Assembly (NCBI GenBank): GCA_964588985.1
Contig: CAZPQW010000028.1
Coordinates: 1-39,268 of the forward strand
Reading direction: 5' to 3'
DNA length: 39,268 nt
Source of the DNA: an uncultured Solirubrobacteraceae bacterium
Lineage (GTDB): Bacteria; Actinomycetota; Thermoleophilia; Solirubrobacterales; Solirubrobacteraceae
The notes below the pieces were generated by a model, which saw nothing but the letters and a program-made list of their open reading frames with translations, did not search any database and was not told the DNA's origin. Below are positions 16,304 to 26,082 of the stretch, piece by piece. Position 1 is the stretch's first letter. The number at the start of each line of letters is the position of its first letter. Position numbers and translations under genes: made by a program.

Positions 16304-18490
16304 TCAACACACCTTGACGGCCGCCGTGATCGACTTGGCTTGGCTCTTGCCGCCGCCCAGCTTGAGATAGGCCTTCGCGCTCAGCTTGATCGTGCTGCCC
16401 GAGATCGCTGTGGGCGAGACGGTGAGGCGCGCTCTGTATGGCGCGGAGCGCGTTGTCTTGACGGTCTTTCCCCCGATCGCGAAGACGACCTTCGTCACCT
16501 TGACGAGCACGATGCCCTTGGCCTTGCTCTTCGCGAGCTTCTTGACGTTCAGCGTCACGTTGACTGGCGTGCCCTGCCGTACACACGCGCTTGGCACAGC
16601 AAGGCCGAAAGCCGCGCCATCGCCGGATGAGCTGACCGTCGTGGTGCCTCCACTCGAAGGCGTCGAGGTGCCACTGGCCGTCGCCGTGACCACAGCGGTC
16701 GACTGGACCTGCGCCACCCCGTCCGAGACGGTCGCGACCACGGTGTACTCGCCGGGCGTCGCGTACACGTGCGAGGTCGCCGCACCGGTGCCGGTCGTTC
16801 CGTCCCCGAAGCTCCACGTGGTCGTCAGCGGGTCCTGGTTCGTGTCGGACTCCACGACGCTCAACGCCACCGGCTGCCCTGCCGCGACCGGTCCGGGCGA
16901 CGCGATGGAGCTGACCTGTGGCACGACGTTGCTCGCGATGAGGCTCAGGTCGTTGCCGTCGCCGCCCGCGTAGCTCCCGGCGAGCGGGACACCCTCGAGG
17001 GTGCTCAACACCACGTTCGTCGGGAAATCGGCGAACTGGCCGGAGATGGCATCGGATCCGTCGTTGCCGATCAGCTGGAGGGTGGAGCCGTGGGGGATGG
17101 CGATCCCCGGGGGAAGGTCCATGATGAGGTTCAGCGAGGCGCTCGGGTCGATTGTCACGGTGCCCGTTACGAGCGTCGAGGGAACCAGGACGGGGGCGAG
17201 CGAGGTGACCGTGGCGTCGAGCCTGCCGGTCGGTCCGAAGCTGAGCGCGCCCGTGTGCAGACCGGGCGCTACCGGAGCGAGGACGCCCGCGACGGTCGTC
17301 GCGCCGACCGTCCCCGACCCGATCAAAGCGCCGTTTTCGCCCACCGAGAGGGCGCCGGACTGGCTGCCGTCGGCCACGAGCGTGCCGGCGGAGACGGTCG
17401 TCGTGCCGGTATAGGTGTTGGCGGCGCTCATCGACATCGTTCCCGCGCCGGCCTTGGTGATGCTCCGGGACCCGCCGAGCTCGCTCACGATGCCCGTGAC
17501 GAGCAGCTCCGGCGCCAGACCCGGGGTCACTGTGACGGTCGGGTTGGCTTCTAGCCGCACCCCGGAGGCCACGGTCGCTGGCCCGGACGGCAGGGAGGTC
17601 GCCTGTACGTTGCCGGAGAGAGCGAGCTGGCCGGGGCCGCTGATCGTTCCGCCGGTCATGCTCAGCGAGCCGGCTGAGAGGGTGCCGCCGATCGAGATCG
17701 TCGCGTCTTTCTCCGTCAGCGCTCCGGTCATGTGCAGGCTCGCCCCCAGGACCTGGCCGCCGTTGACCGTCAGGCTCTGGGCGGAATCTACGTTCGACTG
17801 GAAGTTGAACACTCCGTCTTTTTCGACGGTGATCGCCGTTTCCGGGCTGATGTCGGACGACTGGTCGAGGACGAGTTGCGCGCCAGACCCGGAGCCGGTG
17901 CCGATCCTGATCGAGGAGCCGACGATCACCAGGCCGACGTTCGTGGCGATGTGCAACGCACCCGACTGGACCCACGTGGGACCGGTGTAGGTGTTGTTGC
18001 CGGTGAGCGAGAATTCGCCGCCGCCGCCGACGAACACCAGGCCCGGCACCCCGCTGACCGACCCCGCGATCCTCAGCGTGCCGGTACTGGACGTGACGAA
18101 GAGCGATGCCCCGCTGGTCGCGACCGGCAGGGTCGCGCCGAGCGTGTTTTCCGCGCCTTCGGAAACGATGTTGTCGAGCAGCGCCGCACCGGAGACCGTA
18201 AGCGTGGTGGTGCCGTTGATCGTGTTGTTCGCTCCGGTGAAGTGGATCTGGTCGACCACGAGACCCACGATGTCCATGGACGAAGAGGTGTTCGCGCCGA
18301 ACTGGACGATCGTGCCGCCGGACTCGCCCGTCGTCGGCTTGCTGGCGCCGCTCCAGTTGGCGGCGTTTGACCACAACCCGTTCGTGGGACCGATCCAGAT
18401 GTGCGTCGCTCCCAGCGCCGGAGCGGCACCGAACAGCGCGAGCGCGCAAACCACGGCGATTGAGATCCCCCAACTGCGGGTCGGCGTCAT
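16304..18490 (-). CDS. Secreted protein with autotransporter-associated beta-strand repeats and a PKD domain
   Basis: Signal peptide ending ALG|A; LTGNNTYTGPTWVQSGAL and TKAGAGTMSMSAANTYTGTTTVSAGTL; WSFGDG...SHVYATPGEYTV (PKD); AAGAAAGG before ATG 18490. Confidence 0.85.
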   Translation of the reverse strand: MTPTRSWGISIAVVCALALFGAAPALGATHIWIGPTNGLWSNAANWSGASKPTTGESGGTIVQFGANTSSSMDIVGLVVDQIHFTGANNTINGTTTLTVSGAALLDNIVSEGAENTLGATLPVATSGASLFVTSSTGTLRIAGSVSGVPGLVFVGGGGEFSLTGNNTYTGPTWVQSGALHIATNVGLVIVGSSIRIGTGSGSGAQLVLDQSSDISPETAITVEKDGVFNFQSNVDSAQSLTVNGGQVLGASLHMTGALTEKDATISIGGTLSAGSLSMTGGTISGPGQLALSGNVQATSLPSGPATVASGVRLEANPTVTVTPGLAPELLVTGIVSELGGSRSITKAGAGTMSMSAANTYTGTTTVSAGTLVADGSQSGALSVGENGALIGSGTVGATTVAGVLAPVAPGLHTGALSFGPTGRLDATVTSLAPVLVPSTLVTGTVTIDPSASLNLIMDLPPGIAIPHGSTLQLIGNDGSDAISGQFADFPTNVVLSTLEGVPLAGSYAGGDGNDLSLIASNVVPQVSSIASPGPVAAGQPVALSVVESDTNQDPLTTTWSFGDGTTGTGAATSHVYATPGEYTVVATVSDGVAQVQSTAVVTATASGTSTPSSGGTTTVSSSGDGAAFGLAVPSACVRQGTPVNVTLNVKKLAKSKAKGIVLVKVTKVVFAIGGKTVKTTRSAPYRARLTVSPTAISGSTIKLSAKAYLKLGGGKSQAKSITAAVKVC

Positions 18491-18731
18491 GTCTTGCCTT
18501 TCTTGGTCGATCCCGGGACGGCGAGAGCCGTCCCGCAGCGAGCGGGGCGGTCCACGCGGACGCGACCCTACCCCCCGCTTCAGACGGCGTTTTCCCAGCG
18601 TTCGGCGACCCCGCGGCTCGCAGCTGGAGGGGGGACGAAAAGGCATGGAACGGGTGGTCGAGACCGCGCCCGATCAGCAGTCAGGAGAGTGGACTCTTCC
18701 CACCCTGCGTAAACAAGAGTGTTTCCTTATC

Positions 18732-18758
18732 TCAAGTCTAGCTGGTAGCTGCCGATTA
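18732..18758 (+). promoter_or_regulatory. Sigma28 (FliA/SigD/WhiG)-type promoter of the che operon
   Basis: TCAA-N15-GCCGATTA versus the consensus TAAA-N15-GCCGATAA. Confidence 0.7.
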
Positions 18759-18770
18759 GCTGTCTACGTA

Positions 18771-19223
18771 CAGTCGGCTATCGGAGGGTCAAGTGGCAAC
18801 AGCTGTAACCCAGCTCGCACAACAACTCGTGGTGTTCTCCCTCGGCGAGGAAGACTACGCCCTGCCGATCACCCACGTACAGGAGATCATCCGCTACACA
18901 GAGCCCCGCACAGTCGCCTCTGACACCGAGTGGATCCGCGGCGTGATCAGCCTCCGCGGCAAGATCGTCCCCGTCTGCGACCTCGGCGCACGCCTCGGCC
19001 TCAGCTCCCAGCTCGCCGAGGACGCAAAGATCGTGATCGTCGAGACCGACACCGCCACAATCGGCGTGATCGTCGACGAAGTCGAGGAGGTACGCACCGT
19101 CGAAGCCGACCAACTCGAGACCATCCCAGGCGGCGACACAGCCACCTTCATCGACGCAATCGCCAAAACCGAAGACCGCCTCATCATCCTCCTCAACCCC
19201 GACGGACTCTTCAACAACACAGA
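18771..19223 (+). repeat. 453-bp direct repeat, copy 1 (cheW plus RBS)
   Basis: Appears identical to 26498-26950 (offset 7727); shadow ORFs in other frames are also identical in the ORF track. Confidence 0.9.
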
Positions 19224-19245
19224 CGTCGCCGCGGTAGCGGGATGA
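18793..19245 (+). CDS. cheW: Chemotaxis coupling protein CheW (copy 1)
   Basis: LVVFSLGEEDYALPITHVQEII...GVISLRGKIVPV...GVIVDEV. Confidence 0.95.
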   Translation: MATAVTQLAQQLVVFSLGEEDYALPITHVQEIIRYTEPRTVASDTEWIRGVISLRGKIVPVCDLGARLGLSSQLAEDAKIVIVETDTATIGVIVDEVEEVRTVEADQLETIPGGDTATFIDAIAKTEDRLIILLNPDGLFNNTDVAAVAG

Positions 19246-20270
19246 GCACCTCGAAGCCAGTGCGGGTGGTGATCGCGGACGACTCCGCCTTCATGCGCCA
19301 GATCCTCACGGACGCGTTGACCAAGCACGGGTTCGACGTCGTCGCGACCGCCGAGGACGGCGACCGCGCGCTGGCCGCATGCGAGAAGTTCCGCCCCGAT
19401 GTGCTCACGCTCGACCTAGCGATGCCCGGCCTCGACGGCATCGGCGTCCTGCGCGGCCTGCGCAAGACCGATCTGCCCGTGGCGGTGGTCGTCGTCTCGG
19501 CTTTCTCGCCCGCGCACGGCGCCCACGCGGTCGACGCGCTCGCCGAGGGCGCGGTCGAGCTGATCCCGAAGCCCGCCGTCGGCGAAAGCCTCGACGAGTT
19601 CGTCGCCGACCTCGACGCGAAGGTCCGCCTCGCCGCAACCTCCAGGCGCCGACGGCCGATCGCCACCGTCAAGCAGGCGATCGCGCGCCCCGCGCTTCGC
19701 TCCAGGAAGGCCCGCGCGGTGCTGATCGCCTGCTCCACCGGCGGTCCCCAGGCGCTCAGCGAGCTGCTCCCGAAGCTCCCCTCCCCGCTCGGTGCGGGAA
19801 CGGTGATCGTGCAGCACATGCCCGCCGGCTTCACCGGCTCGCTCGCCGCGCGCCTCGACAAGGCGTCCTCGCTGAACGTCCGCGAGGCGAAGGCCGGCGA
19901 CAGGCTCGACCCGCAGACCGCGCTCGTCGCTCCCGGCGGGCGCCACCTGCACCTCGCGAGCAGCCGCTCGACGACGCTCGACGACGAGCCCCCGGTGGGC
20001 GGCCTGCGGCCGCGGGCGGATCTCACGATCGTCGACTTCGTGCGCGCGTTCGGCAGCGACCTGCTGCTGGTCGTGCTCACGGGCATGGGCAAGGACGGAC
20101 TCGAGGGCGCGCGCGAGGTGCGCGAGCGCGGCGGTCGCATCCTCGCCGAGGCCGAGTCGAGCTGCACCGTCTACGGGATGCCACGCGCGATCGTCGAGGC
20201 GGGACTCGCCGACGGCGTGCACGACCTCAGCAGCATGCCCGAAGCGATCGCGAGAGAGGCCGCGGCATGA
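19242..20270 (+). CDS. cheB: Chemotaxis methylesterase CheB (REC + CheB_methylest)
   Basis: VIADDS, LTLDLAMP receiver; CSTGGP, VQHMP and LTGMGKDG catalytic motifs; ATGA overlap with cheW. Confidence 0.95.
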   Translation: MSTSKPVRVVIADDSAFMRQILTDALTKHGFDVVATAEDGDRALAACEKFRPDVLTLDLAMPGLDGIGVLRGLRKTDLPVAVVVVSAFSPAHGAHAVDALAEGAVELIPKPAVGESLDEFVADLDAKVRLAATSRRRRPIATVKQAIARPALRSRKARAVLIACSTGGPQALSELLPKLPSPLGAGTVIVQHMPAGFTGSLAARLDKASSLNVREAKAGDRLDPQTALVAPGGRHLHLASSRSTTLDDEPPVGGLRPRADLTIVDFVRAFGSDLLLVVLTGMGKDGLEGAREVRERGGRILAEAESSCTVYGMPRAIVEAGLADGVHDLSSMPEAIAREAAA

Positions 20271-21067
20271 GCATCGCCGCCGCACCCGCCGCCGGCAAGG
20301 ACGAGTACGTGCGCTTCTGCGAAGGCATCCGCACGATCGCGGGACTCGACCTGCTGCAGTACAAGCGCGAGCAGATGGAGCGCCGGCTGCGCAGCTTCGC
20401 GCAGCGGCTCGGCATGGCTTCACTGGGCGACTACCTCGTGGTGCTGCGCCAGGATGCGGTCGAGCTGGATCGCTTCCTCGATCGCGTCACGATCAACGTC
20501 TCCCAGCTCTGGCGCAACCCGGAGCAGTGGGCGATGCTCGGCGCCGACGTGATACCGCGGCTCGCCGAGACGCGGCGCATCAGGATCTGGAGTGCGGGCT
20601 GCTCCCACGGCGCCGAGTGCTACACGATCGCGGCGGTGTGCCTGGAGAGCACGCACGGCGTGCGCGTGGAGGTCAAGGGCACCGACATCGACCCGCGGAT
20701 GCTCGAGCGCGCCCGCGCCGGCGTGTTCTCCGAGGACGACACGCGTACAGTGCCGGCGGCGTCGCTGAGCCGCTGGTTCGAGGCGGCGGAGGGCGGCTGG
20801 CGCGCGAAGCCGGAGCTGCGCAGGGTCGTTTCGTTCGACCGCGGCGACCTGCTCTCGATGCCCGTGCCCACCGGCTCGTACGACCTCGTGCTGTGTCGCA
20901 ACGTCGTCATCTACTTCAACGAGGAGGTCCGCGACGAGCTGCACCGTCGACTCGCGGCCTCGCTGCGCAGCGGCGGCTATCTCGTCGTCGGATCGACCGA
21001 GCGTGTGAGCGGGGCAGGCGAGCTCGGCCTGACGCTCAGCGGACCCTTCACCTACAGGAAGACCTGA
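20267..21067 (+). CDS. cheR: Chemotaxis methyltransferase CheR
   Basis: TINVSQLWRN, RIWSAGCSHGAECYTIA, GTDID, DLVLCRNVVIYF. Confidence 0.95.
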   Translation: MSIAAAPAAGKDEYVRFCEGIRTIAGLDLLQYKREQMERRLRSFAQRLGMASLGDYLVVLRQDAVELDRFLDRVTINVSQLWRNPEQWAMLGADVIPRLAETRRIRIWSAGCSHGAECYTIAAVCLESTHGVRVEVKGTDIDPRMLERARAGVFSEDDTRTVPAASLSRWFEAAEGGWRAKPELRRVVSFDRGDLLSMPVPTGSYDLVLCRNVVIYFNEEVRDELHRRLAASLRSGGYLVVGSTERVSGAGELGLTLSGPFTYRKT

Positions 21068-23106
21068 TGGACATCAGCGAGTACCTACCGATGTTCCTGG
21101 CGGAGAGCCGGGAACACCTCCAAGAGCTCAACCTGGCGGTCGTGCGCGTCGAGGAAACCCCCGACGACGCCACGACGATCGACGAGATCTTCCGTATCGC
21201 GCACTCGCTCAAGGGCATGAGCGCGACGATGGGTTTCGAGCGCATCGCCGCACTCACACACGCGATGGAGGACCTCTTCGAGGTGCTGCGCGTGCGCCGC
21301 GGCGGCCTCGACCGCGAGGCGATCGACGTCCTCCTGGAATGCCTCGACGCGCTCAGCGCGGCATTCGAGGCGATCGACACCGAAGGCGTGGAGACGCTCG
21401 ACCAGGAGCCCCTGGTGGCCCGGCTCGAGGGACTCGTTCGCAGCCAGAGCGAACCGGGACCCGACGCGGGGACGCGCCCCGACCCGCGGGAGCTCGAGGC
21501 GGCGGCGGGCGGGCGGCGCGTGGTGCACGTCGTGGTGCGCTTCGACGAGGCGGTGCTGATGCCGTCGGTTCGCGCGTTCATGGCGCTCACCGCGGTCGCC
21601 GACCACGGCAAGGTCCTCGCATCGCTGCCGGCGGAGGAGGCGATCGAGGCCTTCGACGGCAAGACGTTCGAGGTGTGGGTCGCGAGCGATCACGACGACG
21701 ACGTCATCGCGGCCGCGACGAGCGCGGTCCCCGACGTGGTCGAGGTGACGTGCGCGGAGGTGAACACCTCGCCCGCCGAGGCGCCCGCGCCCACGGTCGA
21801 GCCCGCGGCGCAGGCGGAGGCCGAGGTGTCGGCGCAGGCCACCGCGGGCGCTGAGCCCGAGGCCGCGGTCGAGCCGCCCGCGCCCGCCGCCGCGCCCCCG
21901 GCGGGCGCGCACGACAAGAAGACCGCCGCGACGAGCACGGTACGCGTCGACGCCGCGCGCCTGGACCAGCTGATGCACCTGATGGGCGAGCTGGTGGTCC
22001 ACCGCACGCACGTGGAGTCGCTGCTCGGGCACTCCGAGGAGCCAGGCCTCCAGCACGCGATGAACGACCTCACGCGCAGCTCCCAGGCGCTTCAGGCGAT
22101 GGTCATGCAGGTGCGGATGATCCCCGTCGAGGCGGTCTTCCTGCGCTTCCCGCGTCTCGTGCGCGACCTGTCGGGGAAGCTCGGCAAGAAGGTAGAGCTG
22201 CGCCTGTCGGGCTCGGAGACGGAGCTCGACCGCACGGTGATCGACGCTCTCGGCGACCCGCTGGTGCACCTCGTGCGCAACTCGCTCGACCACGGGCTCG
22301 AGCCCGCCGAGGAGCGCGAGGCGCTGGGCAAGCCCCCGACGGGGACGCTCGAGATCTCCGCCCACCACGCGGGCGGCAGCGTGCTGATCGCGGTGCGCGA
22401 CGACGGCCGCGGCATCGACCCGGGGCGCGTGGCGCGCAAGGCCGTCGAGCGCGGGCTGATCGCGCCGGAGGCGGCCGACTCGGTCGACCTGGCGCAGGCG
22501 ATCGAGCTGCTGTTCTCGCCGGGATTCTCCACCGCGGAGGAGATGAGCGACGTGTCCGGCCGCGGGGTCGGGCTCGACGCGGTGCGCACCACGATCCGCG
22601 AGCTCGGCGGCGAGGTCATCGTGCAGTCCGAGCTGGGCGGCGGGACGACCACGCAGATCAGGCTGCCGCTGACGCTAGCGATCGTCGCCACGCTGCTCGT
22701 CGAAGCCCAGGGGCAGCCGTTCGTGCTGCAGCTCGACCGCGTGGAGCTGACGGTCAAGCTCGAGGACTACCCCACGCGCAGCGTCGGCGGCCGGCGCATG
22801 CTCGTGTTGCGTGACGAAGTGCTGCCGATCCTCGACCTCGCCGGCTCGCTCGGCTACGGAGAGTCGGGGGCGCCGTCCTACGGCGTCGCGGTACGCGGCG
22901 CGGAAGGGCGCGTGGTGCTCGCGGTCGACCACCTTGTCGGCCAGCGCGAACTCGTCACACGTCCGCTACCGGACAGCCTCGGCGCGAGCTCCGCGCTGTC
23001 GGGAGGCGCGGTCCTCTCCGACGGGAAGATCGCGCTGATCGTCGACTGCGACGCACTGACCGCAACGCTCAAAAACGAGGCCGCGACGGCTGCGGCGACC
23101 GCGTAA
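21067..23106 (+). CDS. cheA: Chemotaxis histidine kinase CheA
   Basis: Hpt IFRIAHSLKGMS, P2 domain, HLVRNSLDHG, DDGRGID, PGFST, SGRGVGLD and a C-terminal CheW domain. Confidence 0.97.
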   Translation: MDISEYLPMFLAESREHLQELNLAVVRVEETPDDATTIDEIFRIAHSLKGMSATMGFERIAALTHAMEDLFEVLRVRRGGLDREAIDVLLECLDALSAAFEAIDTEGVETLDQEPLVARLEGLVRSQSEPGPDAGTRPDPRELEAAAGGRRVVHVVVRFDEAVLMPSVRAFMALTAVADHGKVLASLPAEEAIEAFDGKTFEVWVASDHDDDVIAAATSAVPDVVEVTCAEVNTSPAEAPAPTVEPAAQAEAEVSAQATAGAEPEAAVEPPAPAAAPPAGAHDKKTAATSTVRVDAARLDQLMHLMGELVVHRTHVESLLGHSEEPGLQHAMNDLTRSSQALQAMVMQVRMIPVEAVFLRFPRLVRDLSGKLGKKVELRLSGSETELDRTVIDALGDPLVHLVRNSLDHGLEPAEEREALGKPPTGTLEISAHHAGGSVLIAVRDDGRGIDPGRVARKAVERGLIAPEAADSVDLAQAIELLFSPGFSTAEEMSDVSGRGVGLDAVRTTIRELGGEVIVQSELGGGTTTQIRLPLTLAIVATLLVEAQGQPFVLQLDRVELTVKLEDYPTRSVGGRRMLVLRDEVLPILDLAGSLGYGESGAPSYGVAVRGAEGRVVLAVDHLVGQRELVTRPLPDSLGASSALSGGAVLSDGKIALIVDCDALTATLKNEAATAAATA

Positions 23107-23120
23107 GGGGAGGCCCTCAA

Positions 23121-23714
23121 ATGCCCAAGTCATATCCCGACATGCAGCTCGACGCGCTGCGCGAGCTTGCGAACATCGGCTCCGGCACCGCCGCCACGGC
23201 GCTCTCGAGCATGATCGCGCGGTCGGTCGACATCTCCGTGCCGACGGCGCTCGCGCTGCCCCTCGCCGACATGGTCGACGCGCTCGGTGAGCCCGATGCG
23301 GTGGTCACCTCGGTGGTGCTCCCTGTCGTGGGCGATCTCGAGGCGATCGCGGTGCTGCTGTTCGCACCGGAGGACGCGGCGGCGCTGTGTGAGCTGCTCG
23401 GTGTCGAGGCCGACAGCGAGGTGGGGCTCTCGGCGCTCGCGGAGATCGGCAACATCCTCGGCACCGCCTACATCGGAGCGCTCGGCACGATGACGGCCCT
23501 GGAACTGGAACCGCGCCCGCCGATGACCACGACGGACATGCTCGGCGCGATCGTCTCCTCCGTGCTCGCCGCCGGCGCTCAGGAGAACGACACCGCGCTG
23601 CTGCTCGACTCGCAGCTGACGGTCGACGGCGCGGAGTGCTCGCTGACGTTCATGCTCGCTCCCAGCGGGGACGGGGTTGCCGAGATCCTCACCCGACTTG
23701 GGCTCGAAGGGTGA
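23121..23714 (+). CDS. cheC: CheY-P phosphatase CheC
   Basis: Two D/S-x3-E-x2-N motifs: DALRELANIG and SALAEIGNIL. Confidence 0.92.
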   Translation: MPKSYPDMQLDALRELANIGSGTAATALSSMIARSVDISVPTALALPLADMVDALGEPDAVVTSVVLPVVGDLEAIAVLLFAPEDAAALCELLGVEADSEVGLSALAEIGNILGTAYIGALGTMTALELEPRPPMTTTDMLGAIVSSVLAAGAQENDTALLLDSQLTVDGAECSLTFMLAPSGDGVAEILTRLGLEG

Positions 23715-24232
23715 CCGGGGAGTCTCGCGAGACGATGGTCAGGATGGGTGAGCTCTCGGTGTCGAAGACCCCGGGGCACGTGCTGTCCTCGATCGGGCTC
23801 GGCTCGTGCATCGGACTGGTGCTCGTCGACCATTCGCGCCCACTCGCGGGACTCGCGCACATCGTGCTGCCGTCCTCGGGCGCCGGGTCGGACGCGGCGG
23901 TGGGCAAGTTCGCAGACCGCGCCGTGCCGGCGCTGCTCGAGGAGATGGCGTCGATCGGCTCGTCCCGCTCGCGCCTGCACGCGGTTCTCGTGGGCGGCGC
24001 GCAGATGTTCTCGTTCGAGTCCGCGTCGACGTTCGACATCGGCCGCCGCAACGAGCAGGCGGTGCGCGAGGCGCTCGGCGCGATCGGGCTCGACGTGCGA
24101 GCGTCGGCCACCGGGGGCAACAAGGGGCGTACGGTGCGCGTTCACGTGGACACGGGACTCGTGACCGTGAGGGAGCCAGGCGCAACCGAGGTCGAGATCC
24201 ACTCCAAAGCGGCCGCCGGAGCCTCGAAGTGA
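23711..24232 (+). CDS. cheD: Chemoreceptor glutamine deamidase CheD
   Basis: SIGLGSCIG, AHIVLP, GKFAD, GGAQMF, IGRRN, TGGNKGRTV; start GTG 23711 (GTGA overlap) or a slightly later ATG. Confidence 0.92.
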   Translation: MTGESRETMVRMGELSVSKTPGHVLSSIGLGSCIGLVLVDHSRPLAGLAHIVLPSSGAGSDAAVGKFADRAVPALLEEMASIGSSRSRLHAVLVGGAQMFSFESASTFDIGRRNEQAVREALGAIGLDVRASATGGNKGRTVRVHVDTGLVTVREPGATEVEIHSKAAAGASK

Positions 24233-25206
24233 GCGACTCCCTCTCCGCGGAGCAGATCGCCCAGCTGTTCGCGGCCGCCAACGAGGGCGAGCTGCCCGAG
24301 GACCCGCACGCGCAGACGAACCGTCAGCGCATCATCCGCACGGTCAACTTCAGCCGCCCCGCGCCGCTGAGCGTCGCCGAACAGAGGCGCCTCGAGCAGG
24401 CTCACACGATCTTCTGCCGCGACACGTCGGTGCGCCTCTCCCACGAACTGTCCGCGCCGGTCGAGCTCGACGTGATCAACTCCTCGCAGCTCACCTGGGA
24501 GGCGGCGCTCGAAGAGGTGCCGCAACCGTCGATCATCTGCGTGACCGCGTGCACGCCGGGCGAGACCAGCATCCTGTTCTGCATCGAGAAGACGCTCGTG
24601 CTGCGGATGATCGAGCACCTGCTCGGCGGCCGCTACGCCGACACCCCTCCCCCCCGCACGCTGACCGCGATCGACACCGCGCTCGCGGAGATGATCTTCG
24701 AACGGATGCTCGCGACGCTGTCGCCGATCTGGAACGAGCTGCTGGGCTACGAGCTCAGCCTCGTGGAGATCGCCTCGCAGAACGTCGCGATCGAGCTGGA
24801 GCCGCCGTGGCGCCCGACGCTCGCGATCACGATCGAGGCCCACGACGAGAGCACCTCCTCGACGATGATGGTGCTCGTCCCGCACACGACCATCGAGACC
24901 TCCCGCAAGGGCCTCAGCGACGGCCCCGCCAGGTACATGGACGGGCGCGAGCCCGACGATGAGGAGGCCGAAGCCGTGCGGCGCACGCTGCGCCCGATCT
25001 CCGTCGAGGTGCGCGCGGAGCTCGAGCCGGTTGGCCTCACGATCGAGGAGGTCCTAGCGCTCGGCGAGGGAGACGTCGTGCGGCTCGGCATCGCAGGCAG
25101 GGCGTGCATCGCGGTCGGCGACAGCCGCCTGTATGCGGCGCGGCCGGGCCTCAGCGGCAACCGCCGCGCGGTGCAGATCGTGGAAGCGCTGGAGAGCGGC
25201 ACGTGA
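24229..25206 (+). CDS. fliM: Flagellar switch protein FliM-like
   Basis: N-terminal LSAEQIAQLF (compare LSQxEIDxLL), IEHLLGG, RTLTAID and a C-terminal SpoA/FliMN_C (VEVRAEL...LALGEGDVVRL). Confidence 0.8.
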   Translation: MSDSLSAEQIAQLFAAANEGELPEDPHAQTNRQRIIRTVNFSRPAPLSVAEQRRLEQAHTIFCRDTSVRLSHELSAPVELDVINSSQLTWEAALEEVPQPSIICVTACTPGETSILFCIEKTLVLRMIEHLLGGRYADTPPPRTLTAIDTALAEMIFERMLATLSPIWNELLGYELSLVEIASQNVAIELEPPWRPTLAITIEAHDESTSSTMMVLVPHTTIETSRKGLSDGPARYMDGREPDDEEAEAVRRTLRPISVEVRAELEPVGLTIEEVLALGEGDVVRLGIAGRACIAVGDSRLYAARPGLSGNRRAVQIVEALESGT

Positions 25207-26081
25207 GCGCCGAGGAGGCACTGATGACGTTGGGCGAGACGACCGGCGAGGTCGTCCTCGGCGTGCTCTCCTCGCTGTGCCCGGACGGCGTGGCCAAGGG
25301 CCAGGTGACGGCGGTGAGCTCAGGCGTGTCGCCCCTGGAGTCGCTCTCCTATCCGGTGATGGCGAGCGACGTCGCCTACACCGAAGGCGTCACCGGCGGC
25401 AACGTGTTCACGATCACGCGGCTCGGCGCGCGCAGGATGGCGGCGACGATGATGTTCCAGGAGCCGCCGACCGAGGACGACGGGCAGGATCTGGACGAAC
25501 TGGAGATGTCCGCGCTCGGCGAGGCGATGAACCAGATGATGGCCGCGAGCGCCGCCGCGCTGGAGGGCGCGCTTGGGTACTCGGTGGACATCTCCGTCCC
25601 GACCACCAGGGTGCTCGCGTCCGCGGCGGAGGCGGAGGGCCTGTATCCGCAGACGCCGTATGCGACGAGCGTGCCGTTCACGGTGCTCGGCGAGCCCTGC
25701 CGGCTGATTCAGCTGATCCCCAACGCGTTCGTGGTGCGCATGACGCGCGCGCTGGAGACCGAGGCGGACGACGAGGCGGACCGCGATCGCGACGAGTACA
25801 GCGGCACGCGGATCTCCTCGAGGCTGCGTACGGTGCCGCTGCGGATCACGGCCGAGCTGGGGCGCGCGAGGATGAGCCTCGAACAGGTCGCCAACCCCGC
25901 GCCGGGCCTGATCGTGGAGCTCAACCGCTCCTCGGAGGACCCGATCGACCTCTACGTCAACGGCCAGCGCTTCGCGACCGGACGTTTGTTTCTTATCGAC
26001 CAGACGGAGTGGGCGATGCGTATCGAGCGAGTGCTCGACGTGGACCCCGCTGACTACGCGTCACAAACAGGAGGGATCTGA
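25203..26081 (+). CDS. fliY: FliY-like switch protein (CheC-like domain + FliN/SpoA domain)
   Basis: ELEMSALGEAMNQM phosphatase-type motif; C-terminal VPLRITAELGRARM...IVELN...PIDLYVNG. Confidence 0.7.
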   Translation: MSAEEALMTLGETTGEVVLGVLSSLCPDGVAKGQVTAVSSGVSPLESLSYPVMASDVAYTEGVTGGNVFTITRLGARRMAATMMFQEPPTEDDGQDLDELEMSALGEAMNQMMAASAAALEGALGYSVDISVPTTRVLASAAEAEGLYPQTPYATSVPFTVLGEPCRLIQLIPNAFVVRMTRALETEADDEADRDRDEYSGTRISSRLRTVPLRITAELGRARMSLEQVANPAPGLIVELNRSSEDPIDLYVNGQRFATGRLFLIDQTEWAMRIERVLDVDPADYASQTGGI

Positions 26082-26082
26082 C

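Noticed and set aside
14314-18473. Long alternative-frame ORFs (14314-16281 +, 16290-18473 -)
   Set aside because: Arg/Gly-rich shadow frames of GC-rich genes; the overlapping frames carry recognisable domains.
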